Source: Bugula neritina (lineage: Eukaryota > Animalia > Bryozoa). Taken from it: DNA of 64,000 nucleotides. The position numbers and the translations under genes were made by a program. Shown here piece after piece: positions 37,201-49,200 of the stretch (within the stretch, counting starts at the first letter, position 1; each line of letters starts with the position of its first letter). Below the pieces are notes generated by a model. That model did no database searches and had not been told where the DNA came from. It worked only from the letters and a program-made list of their open reading frames with translations. The stretch lies in assembly GCA_964035545.1 (NCBI GenBank), contig OZ037768.1, positions 5,364,741-5,428,740 on the forward strand, given 5' to 3'.

Positions 37201-40200
37201 CTGGTAAAGGGCAAATAGCGATAGACGATGTCAAAGTACGGACAGGAAGCTGCCCGGACCGTGGCAGTAACAACTTTGAGTCGTCTTTCAACACATTTCA
37301 AAATCTGTTGACTCAGGGAGCTGACAGGTTTGACTGGATTATTCGACGGGGAAACACACCTTCAACTGGGACAGGACCCAATGCTGATCACACATTGAAT
37401 AATGCTAAAGGTAAAAAAGTTCCCTACTCATTTTAGCATCTGAATCTATATGAATAATAAATTAAATTAAATGAACATTGAAAAGGAGGGGTTATTCACT
37501 AAAATTAGGGTAGCATTGTCTATTATGTTGTACCAGCTGATCGAGGAAAAAATCATGTGGTATGGCAGTTCAATCCCCTTGCGGTGTAAATATAATTGTT
37601 AAATTTTACTTTCCTTATAAATAAGTGAGCAGTCGAGGTGTAATTAGAGGTTAGAGAGCTAACCTAGTAAATGCACAAGTTCAGTGGTTGAAGGCCAAAC
37701 ACCAGCGGTGATGTTAGGGAGAGCATCCATCATAATTGTTCCCGTCCCACATACGAATAAGTCCTTACCTCGATTTAAAAAAAACATTCCATCAGGTGTT
37801 CTCACAGGGATAGTGATGGTTTTTTTATAAATAAAGAATGACATGGCATACATTGAACCTAGTTCTACTGAACACTCTTTATTTACAGGATCTTATGCAT
37901 TTATTGAGACTAGTACTCCTAGAAAAAGGGGAGATAATGCTATACTATTATCTCCTGTCATGAAAGAAAGCAGACCTATCAATCAATGCTTACAGTTTTG
38001 GTATCATATGTATGGTACCAGTGTTGGGGCACTGCAGGTAAAGTATCACATACAACCATAATTGTGTATTTCAGTTAATAATTTACTTGCGCAAAAACAT
38101 GTTTTATTATTAAAATCTTACTCAAGTATATAGTAAAATATTACCTATACTCTATGTGTTATTAATTATAAAATACTTGCTCTATATAGAAATAAAGACA
38201 TGTTCCAGTTAAAAATTTTGTTAGTAGTGAAATTGCTTTTTAGTATAAAACATTTTGTTGCATTCATTTCCAGTAAAACTTATCCCGTATTTTTAGGTCA
38301 AATATAGTGTCCAATCAGCATCAACTGGTCCTTTCAACTTCAAAGAAAGCATTGTATGGAAGCTGACTGGAAACCAGAAGAATAGCTGGAAGTTTGCCAA
38401 TATTCCATTTAATGCCAAGGGCTTGCAATATCAGGTACTGCATTGGTAACACTACATTAATCAAAGTTTTAAATCATTGGCTACATTTTTATGCACTGTA
38501 AAAATATGAGAATTTTTATGATGTATGTGAGGTTTGATAATGTTCTTTTATTGTGAATTAGTTCAAGTTTGAAGGAGTGGTTGGAACTGGGATTAAAGGT
38601 GACGTAGCTTTAGACGACATCGTCATTAGAGACAGATCCTGTTCACTGACACCTGTTCAAGCAAACCCCTATCTAGGTTTGACCACTAGGGCCCCGACAA
38701 CTGTCACTACTTCACCTACTACCACCACACTTTCACCATCCGGTTCGTTAACATATATCTTTATTACTATAATATAGTTTTTATGCATGGCTTGTAAATA
38801 TATGCATACGTACACATTGTTGTAATGTTTTCAGATGCAATATATTATAGCTTCTAGTTTAAATATATACTCTATAATATATTACAGCTGGTGATGTGAA
38901 TAAATACTGTAATATATTGTAGCTCCTAGTGTCATAGACTGCAACTTTGAAAAATCTCAATGCGGTTGGAAGCAGACAGACAAATCAACAAACACTCGAC
39001 CAAAGTTGCCATGGAAGAGGTACAGAGGATCAACTGGTACCAGGTTGACTGGCCCGGCCAAGGATCACACAACAGGAAGTTAGTCACCAACTAAACAACT
39101 AATGAATGTTTGACTCTACAGCACATGTGTGAATTGGTTGTCAGCAGTGCATTTTTGTTACGAATTAGACATTGTTGTAAGTTTGAAAACCACTCTGTAT
39201 AAAATTCTGGTTTTTTTTCTAGAGGGATACTACATGTACATAGAAACGTCACAGGGAGTGGCAAATAGTAAAGCACATCTGCAATCACCAGCCATAACTC
39301 CTTCTGGGCCACAATGCCTTAGGTTTTGGTATCACATGTATGGTAGAGATATTGGCACACTTAATGTTTACGCAAAGACCACGACACTGAAAAATCCTCT
39401 TTGGTCAAAATCGGGCACCAAGGGATCTGTGTGGCTTTCTGCCAAAGTCGACATTGATTCCAAATCTAAATATACTGTAAGTGTAGTCAGCAATTTAGTT
39501 TGCGTGGAGAGGAATTAAATGTTATTATTCTTTATTACTTCATCACTGTGGTGTGCCTATACGATGCTGGGAATAAGAAATTTAATATATATTTTTAAGA
39601 TAATGAGATGATCTTGAATTCTGATTATTTAATCGCCTTTTGGTCCAAGTTTTGTGTTATGGTATATTGTTTTGAGTGTCCTTTGCATAAGCAAGATAGA
39701 TAAATTTTAAAAGCATGAAAGAATAATTAAAATTTTACTTTTACTACATGCAATGTCAGCCACAACTACCTTAACCTGTTACTATTGATTGCAGGTTGTG
39801 TTTGAAGCTAGTAAACGTAATAGTTTCCGAGGTGACATATCTATTGATGATGTGACGCTGAGAGACGGACCATGTGACCCACCTATTACTACAGCTAGTC
39901 CCGGAGCAGTCACGCTTGCTCCTAATCGTGTCACATTCTCTAAATGCTCTTTCCAAACAGGCTTGTGCGGTTTTACGCAGCTAAAGACTGACAAATTTGA
40001 CTGGACACGAAAGAAGGGAGCCACTTCTTCTAAATCTACTGGTCCTTCCAAAGATCATACCACAGGATCTGCTGCTGGTAATCTAGGACTAGTTCAACTC
40101 GTATAAATATTTACACTTTTTAAAGATGATTTTAGGCTTTAGATTACTTGTCAATATTTTATTCTGAGTTAAATTTTTGAAAAGAAATGCTTTATTTAAA

Positions 40201-43200
40201 AAAAGGTTTTTGCTCGAAACATAGTTTGTGTTTTTTTAATAATGGATGGAAATTTTACATGGAGATATTTTAAAATTAAAGAAGCTATTTTTTATATGTT
40301 TACTGAAATGACTATCAACTTGAAACTAAATTAAGTAGAGGGTCAATTCAATTACTTTCACAAACGTGAAACTCATTTGGCCATCTTTTGATTTTTGTCG
40401 GTTAAAAACACACATATTTATAGGTTACTACATGTACATTGAGACATCATCTCCAAGAAGGCCCAAGGACAATGCTGTGTTACTCACACCTGTTCTGGCT
40501 GGCTCCCCATCTTCCAGATGTCTCACATTCTGGTATCACATGTATGGTAACAATATTGGAAAACTTCAGGTTGCGGTGAGTATGCTAGTAGACTGATAGT
40601 AGACTGATATTATTGTTATTGTCTATTCCTATTTAAGGCCCATCGTGTTGCTAACTAGTCGTTAGGCTAAGAACTTAAAACTCATGTGGGTTTATAGTCA
40701 CCATCCCTGTTCGAACCATGATGGAGAGTGTTTTTAAGCGAGCTAAAAACTATATGCCAAAAACATTAGTTTAAAATAATATTTCTGGTTCTCATTCAAA
40801 CCAACTGCATAGCAAACATAAATTTTATTGAACAAATTCTCATCACTAACAGAGTCAACCAAAATAGTGTAGATACCAATAACACTTTTATTTTTATTAA
40901 CTTTTTCCTTATATTGTTTATTTGCAGATGTACAGAAAACAAGCATTGTCACCCGCTATTTTCACTAAATCTGGTAACCTTGGTGATAAGTGGATCTTAG
41001 GAGAGGTTAATGTGGATGTTCCGGGTGATGCTTTCCAACTGGCATTTATTGGTATAAGAGGAAATAATATTCAAGGAGATATCGCCATTGACGACGTTAT
41101 GCTAAAAACAGGGTAATGATAAAGATATTGTGTTGGAAAAGTAGTTTTTTTCTACTATGAGTTTTAACTTCAAATTATTTTTATTAATGAAATTACAATT
41201 TAACGGAGAGCTACATTTTAACTAAAATTATAATTACATAAAAATATAGTGCAATGTGATTGTAATCATATTAGTTTTTTAAGTTTTTTCATGTAATAAA
41301 ACAATTTTGTATAGATCATGTGACAAACCCGCTACCTGCCAATTTGAGAATGGACTTTGCCAATGGACAAATGAGAGAAAGCTGGATGATTTTGATTGGT
41401 TGAGCTTTTCTGGATCTACACCGTCTAGAGGTACAGGGCCTGGAGCTGACCACACTCTCGGTACAGCCAAGGGTAAGGTCTTTCTAATTGGATAGTATCA
41501 AACGATTTGCTTTAGCGCTGCTGAATGCTTTTGCAAAATTAATTTTATAAACATTAAAGTATTGATTCTGGTAGATAAATTTTTATATAAGCGCATGAAA
41601 CAAACTCAAAAGTTTTCTTTTTATAATAGTTGATTATGTTGGTAATTAGTTGTGGTTCATGATTTTATTTTTTGATCATTTTTCAAATATTATATTTGAC
41701 TTACTGCAACTAGCATGTTTAAGCGTGTTTTAATTCGAATAATTTTTATGTTTTCTTTGAATTTATTACAGGAAGGTACATGTATATAGAAGCTTCACTG
41801 CAAGGATCTAAAGCCGCTACAGCTTGGCTACTTAGTGAGCCTCTTTCAACGACAACGAACCAGTGTTTCAGGTGTGTTATGACTCATCTTCTATTAGCAT
41901 AGGTGTTAGTCATTGTACTCGCAGTATACTGGAGTATAGGTGACTCATTGTACTGGCAGTATGCTGGAGTATAGGTGACTGTGACTAAACTTCTACTAAC
42001 AGTATAAGCAATTTCATTCTTTTTGGTTATAATAAACATCTAAAGAAAAGGTTCATAAGGTGCAATAATTTAGATGAAACGGTTAGAAATTTGTAAATAA
42101 TTGCAGAATGCCAAATTAGGTTTTTATCAGAATTTTTTCATGGCAAAATGTTGATCACATGCAATTGTACATTTGAAATGTTTGCATTATATTTATATTC
42201 AAATATATTTATTAACTATTCATTGCTAGCTATTGCTATATTTATTGTACACATGTAATAGTACGCAATGTATTCAATAGTATAGTATGGTTATGTAATC
42301 TAATGCGTCTTTTTCTTTCTCTATGGCAGGTTCTGGTATCACATGAATGGCAGACATATTGGAGATCTGTCTGTGGCTATTCGCACGTCAGATGGTGTCA
42401 GCAGAACCATCTGGTCTCTGTCAGCAGACCAGGGAGATAAGTGGCTACAGGCTCAAGTACCACTTCCTGCTTTCACCAAGTCATCTAAGAACTACAGGGT
42501 GAGGTGGCAGTCCATAGTTGGTGCTTAATAACAGATGTAGTTAGTGATTGTATGTAGTTAGTGATTGTATGTAGATTATACACAGGCAGTGTTGTTGGAA
42601 GTTATATTCTCTTTTGTATTGCAAAAAATAGTGTAAACGATTACCTTTGGTATTATTGTTACCTAAATGCAAAGTAATGTGAAACCAAAATTTCAATAAA
42701 GTTGTAATTAAAATTAAAAAGCTATAAGTTCAAGTAATAAAAGAATATTTATTGGCTCTAATATCTGTCCACAACTGAAAGTTGTCCGCGCATGTCAACC
42801 TGACACAGCTTGCTGACGACCCGTTAAATTTTCAATTGTAGATTGTTTTGATTGGCACCAAATCTTCACTTGGCAATTCTGGAGACATTTCTATAGACGA
42901 CACATCTTTGACAGCTGAAACATGTGGATATATTCCAGCCACTTCTAAATTCACCATACCAACACTAGCGCCCTCTACTGTCTCACCTACTACCTCTGGT
43001 TAGTATATAATATATACCAACACTAGCGCCCTCTACTGTCTCACCTACCTCCATCCACTTTCTTATGTGTTAAAATTTTTAAATGTAGCATTTTCTATTC
43101 TTTTTTTTAAATCTTATGATTAGGGTGTAAACAAGCGATCACATTCTGATTATTATTCTACTTCTAACAACATACATATGTTGAGAACTACTATTGCTAA

Positions 43201-46200
43201 TAGTAGCTTTAAAGATTTTCACCTAAACTAACTAGTGTTATTATTATCATCTTGGAATAGATGAACATTCTGTAAAATTCATTTTCTTTCTACTTTGTTT
43301 TTATGTTTAGCCTTCTTGTAATTTCTTTGTTTTTAGCTCCTGGATTGTTTCAATGTAACTTTGATACCGACATTTGTGGCTGGGCTCAGTCTAAAAGTGA
43401 TAACTTTGATTGGAAGCGGCAATCCGGCAAGACGGGCTCCGTTAACACTGGCCCTGACTCAGATCACACATCTGGAGGTAGTTACTGAGACTAGGATAAC
43501 ATTGGAGTTTCACTGCCATTACTTTTGCACCTTAGAATAAATCACAAAGTTTACATCCTAGTTGTTTAGTACTTCTGATATTTTACTCTACAAACAAAAT
43601 TAATGTTTTTATAGCAGCTAAAATTAGTCATAATTCTAAAAATATTCTGGAAAAGTGTTGAGATACTAATGATTACTATGTGTATATCAAGGTGGGTATT
43701 ACTTATACATTGAGTCAAGTAGACCAAGGAAAGCAGGGGATGTTGCGCGACTTATTTCACCACCTATTCAAGTCACTGGTGGTGGCTCCACGCAATGCTT
43801 TACCATGTGGTAAGTAAAGAACTGGTTTCATTTCTTCCACATGCCCCTACTCTGTCTACTTTGAAATGTAATATCTCCTAGGCGTATATATTATGTGAGT
43901 TTATTTTTTAAATTGCTGTTTACTACTGATGACTGCAATAAACAATGTAAATATCTAGTGTGCCCTCAAATTAGAGTTAAAACGTCTGACAAAATGTATT
44001 AACAAAAACATCCAATCACAGTTGCAGCCGATAAAGCAGTGTTTCATGTAGTGTTGAAAATGCAATGGTCCCTGTGATGTAATGGTTGGAGCGCCTGCAT
44101 GTAAGCTGGGGGTCTCCAGTTCGAATCTCAGTGGGGAGAAAACTTCTATATCTCAATGATGTCTAACAACCTAGTCTATTTCCACTATGTGTGTAGGTAT
44201 CATATGTACGGTGCTCACGTCGATCAGCTAAACGTTTATGTGAAGAATAAACCTTCACTCGGCTCACCACTGTTCAGTATTGGTGGGACTCAGGGTAATC
44301 AGTGGAATGAAATTGATTTGGATATTACCTCCCCTGTCACCTATCAGGTATTTATGCGTACTTTATATTTCAATTATAATTCCAGATTTCAATGTGAATA
44401 CAAATACTTCTACTTATTAGCTAGTTTTAAATACTCCTCATTTGTGGAATGCCATATGCCTCACTATGCTTATTCATTAAAATACTTTAAACTGTGTTCC
44501 ACTACTATGATTGGCTCAACATGCGCATTATGTAAAGGTTTAGTGCTATAAAACTACGTTGTTGAAAAATGTTACTCAGCATTTAATTTAAAGACATAAA
44601 AGCAGTTTTAAAGAGTGAATTTGATTATAGATACTTGTTGACTAAATGTGATTTCAACATAAATAAGACATGAAAGTTGGTAGTAAGTAATGACCTTTAT
44701 TGGGGTACATTAATGAGTTTTGATATACTAGAAGTTTCTGTGTGAGGTGTACTATCCATTATGCCTCGTATCATACATTGCAGATTGTGATTGAAGCCAC
44801 TGTAGGTACAGGATTTTTGGGTGACATTTCTATAGATGACTTGTCCTTGACCCAGGGACCATGTGCTAGTGAGTAGGCATTGCATTATGGGTATTATGCC
44901 AGTAGTACTCCGCAGAGCCTAATACCTAATTTCTCATGTTTTTTCTTCACCAAAGCAAATAATTTTTTTACAATAAATTTAAAATAATGTAGTTCAAAAA
45001 AATAGAATTCATTTGCCATCATATATATTGAAGTTTATGCTTTTTGAAATTTTAATTTTCTTTATTACACATTCTTAATAATTGTGCTATTCAAGTATAT
45101 TGACTTTTCCAATCTCTCTTGCATCTAAGTTAAAGCGATTAGTGGTTAAAGGTAGTTTTTTACACTGTTAAGTTATATAGTAATATATTTTTGTAGGCCG
45201 TAGTTCTAAATTCACAATTTGTTGCAGTATGGTTATTTGTATGACATATAATCTCTTCTGTACAGGAGCTGTCGATGCTAAAGGGTTGCCTCCTCTTTGT
45301 AATTTTGAGTCTGACATCTGTGGTTACTCACAAGATACAACTGACCAGTTTGACTGGACTCTGAGTAGTAACACCAATGTGGGGCCGGCTGCTGATCGCA
45401 CCTTGAAAACTGCAGCTGGTATATACAAAATCTCTCATAACAATTGTTTTATGATTAATAGAATTCTTATATATATAACCTTTAGGTATAAAAATTGTTT
45501 TTATAATCTATTAAATATATTTATCAGGTTGATTATTTTAGAGTTATCTCCTTTTTAATAATAATTCACTAGCAGTTTATAAATTTATTTTTTTAGTTTC
45601 TGAGCTTTGAATTTAAAAACTAATTGTCTTCTAAACTTTAAGTATGCTCCTTTCACACAACTACTTATATTATCTGCTTTTTATTTGCTCCAGGAAAGTA
45701 CATGGTGATAGTGCCAGGTGCAAAAGGTTTGAAACAGGGGGACAAGGCCTCCCTGCTGACCCCTGTATACACTACTACTCAAAAGCTGGACATGTGCGTG
45801 AAGTTCTGGTATCACATGGAGGGTGTGGACATGGGCACGTTAAATGTTTACGTAAAGTCAGATAAGCTCTCTGGTTGGGGGTCTCCTGCATTTACAGCTT
45901 CAGGTAAAGTTTCTATACTAAGATTTTGCTTATGTTATATTAGCATTATTTAAATTATGAGCTATACCAAGTATTTGAATATTATAAAATAAGCTGAATG
46001 TAATACAATCATTGGTTTGTATAAACTGTTTAACCACACAGTTTTTTAAAACAGTTTGAATTGTATGGTTTCATATACTGATGCAGGTGACCAAGGTACA
46101 GAATGGCTGAAGGGCACTGTGTCTATATCTACTTCCTCTGTATATCAATTGAAGTTTGAGGCGGTGAGAGGCAGCTCCTACCTCAGTGAAATAGCCTTAG

Positions 46201-49200
46201 ATCAAATCAGATTCGTCAGTTCAGGAGTTTGTTTACCCGAAGGTAATAACTCATCTTCTGTTGTGATGCTTTAAATCAAATGCAAGCCTCTAAATTATTA
46301 GTTATCTTAGTTAGCTTTACAGTATATCTTAGTTTCAGATACATTTATATAACAATGCTGACAGTATTTGCAAAATACTGTCAGCAAAATAGGCATTAAT
46401 ACAAACAAAATAATTTTGTTTGTTTAATGCCTATGAAGGTCACATAAATGTAGGCTGGGGGGAGCGAATCCAACCCTGAGACTGCCTGTTGGACAGCCCT
46501 GATAATATGATAATGCTGACAGTATTTGCATGTTAATATTGCTTGTTACTTGTACGTCAGGTGATTGTGACTTTGAGAGGTCAGCTCTGTGCTCCTGGCA
46601 CAACATAGTCCTGGGAGATGATTTTGATTGGAAGAAGCAGTCTGGTCAGACAAGCAGTCAGAGAACTGGTCCATCAGTTGATCACACCACGAATAGCACC
46701 GCAGGTAATTATCATTAACAAACTTACCTACTGTTTGCGTCTCAGACTGATTGTGTTTACAGCTTTATATTTGCCTTCACTGTTGATACTTATCGTACTC
46801 GCTAGGCACTTACATGTTCATCGAGGCGAGTAAACCACAGAAACCTGGAGATGTGGCATCATTTTACAGTGCCACGCTGCCCGGAGGCACCCAGATGTGT
46901 CTCAGCTTCTTCTATCACATGTATGGGGATGATATCGGCACCCTGAAAGTACAGGTGTGTAGAGTGGTAAAACACTTTCTTGTTCTAGTTTTAAATACAA
47001 CTGCATTTTTATTGGCTGCTTTATTTATAAGTGCAAAAAATATATATTCATTTTGCCGACTCAATTGGTTGACGTCTGTTGTAGGTGCGACCTGTTGGCA
47101 ACTCAGTGCCTAATGAGCCAATATGGCAGCTGACTGGGTCACAGGGCAACAGCTGGCAGTCTGCGAGTGTGCCAGTCTTCAATACCAGTAACTTCAATGT
47201 AAGTAATTATTGCATTACCATTTTGTTTTGTTCAGTCATTTTGTTTAAAGACTTCTGTATAAGTTTGTAGTTGATTATTTATACAAAATACATGTGGTAT
47301 ATAAGGAATTATGCAACTAACAATGTGCAAATTATTTCAACTCATAGAAAAGATTATTTTATAATTGACAACAATTCTGTCTCATGATGGCATGGCCATG
47401 CTGTAATACTGTTCTACTATGATGGGGCAGGTGGTGATTAGTGGAGTAACAGGAGGCGGTTTTAAAGGAGACATTGCTATAGATGATCTCTCTATTAGCC
47501 GTGGAAGTTCCTGTGTCATCTTTCCCTCCAAGGCTGATTATGCTGCCAATTTACTTACCACGACTACGTCATTGCCTACTACTCAGTTTATAACAGCAGC
47601 GCCTCGTAAGTATGGCATCTCTATGTACAGGTGCTGAGTGTATTGAAAGCTATGCCTAACACTGCTATTAGCTGAATAATCTACTTGGTTTGGTTGTCTT
47701 GTAAGATATTCTTATGAGGAGTACAGCCTGGACAACCTATGCCATTATGTTTATAACTTTCAACTTTATTTAAGCTTTAGTTTTAGTTGGCATTTAAAAA
47801 AGCATTTATGATTATTTTTACATAACCTGACCATGGCAAAGATTCAGTTTTATAAACTCATCTCTATATTCTGCTACACTTGAGAATTGGAACTTCTCTA
47901 GTTACTTGTTTAGGCTATTTCATGCTAATTGTTGCTACAATTGTTTGAATTTGCAGCTGCCGGGTCTAAATGTTCATTTGATACTGGTTACTGCGCATGG
48001 AGCAGCGATTCTAAGTCTGACTTTGTATGGCCACGGCAGAAAGGAGCAGCCAGTTCTGGAGATCTGGCAAGCGACCACAGTATTTCTGGAAGTATGTTAT
48101 TATCACTTGAATGGCTCTTGTCAGAAGCTATTGTGCCAGAACTAGACATTGTAAAAGTTAATTTCTGTTAATAATTTCATTGTTTAGCTGTGTTGTGTTT
48201 TAAACATTAGGTGACCTCATATTCCTTAAGTTATTTGTGTAAAATAATTTACAATCCAAACGTTAGTATTTATATTAAATTAATGTGAACTTCTTTACCA
48301 GATGGTTATTACTTGGTTGTACAAAATGGCCCACCAAGAAAGCCCGGACAGAAGACAAGGATAGTATCAACTAAATTGCCAGGAAATCTTGGCACAGCGT
48401 GTATCTCTTTCTGGTATCACATGTGGAATGTCCAAGATGGAGAACTTAACCTCTATTTCCGTAAAGTATGTTTGTACTGTCTGCATTTATGTGTAGCATA
48501 GTTGAGCTGATCAGGCTGGCATGTTGGTTGTTGGCACACCTTGTTTTAATTTACTTATATGATTTTGTTTTTAAAATTTCTTTTTGCCGAAACAAAATGT
48601 GTTTATCTTCTAAAATGGTCAATCAATATACAACACCATTTCTGTTATTGTACAAATATATTACTAGGGTCTAACTGACGGAGCTGCGGTCTGGAGAAGA
48701 GTGTCTAGTCAGGGATTGCTATGGTGGAACGCTCAGGTCACCTTGACCTCTGACCCTACCAGTCCAGTGACTAATGTAGTTCTGGAAGGCGTGGTTGGTA
48801 AAGGAGACAAAGGAGATCTGGTTGTGGATGATATAGACATCACCTCCGGAGCCTGCAGTAAGCACTTTAGCCAACACTTTCTAAGCTAATGTGAACAAAA
48901 CCCGCTTAATATTTCTTATCTACAACTAAGTGTGTTGCATTGAAAGTAATACTTTAATGCAAAGCATGCTTAGAATTAGAATTTATACGACATTTAATTA
49001 ATTGACGCAGCTTTTTTTCTTCCTATTTTATTGCTTTTAATTAACTATAGATGCTTAAAGCTGCGATGTTTTGCTATCAAAATTTTTTTTATCTACCTGT
49101 GAATTGTTTTTGTACAATGTTATGTCCTATATATTGTCTATCAATTTATGTTAGATCCCGCAGCTTTAATTGGAGACTGTGACTTTGAAGACCCGACTTC

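Noticed and set aside
42768-42830. Small structured RNA (two short hairpins followed by CTGACGA)
   Set aside because: Stems are only about 5 bp and no GAAA follows stem II; compatible with chance.
44067-44138. Functional tRNA gene
   Set aside because: The T-stem and acceptor stem do not pair and the anticodon loop is ambiguous; kept only as a tRNA-like fragment.
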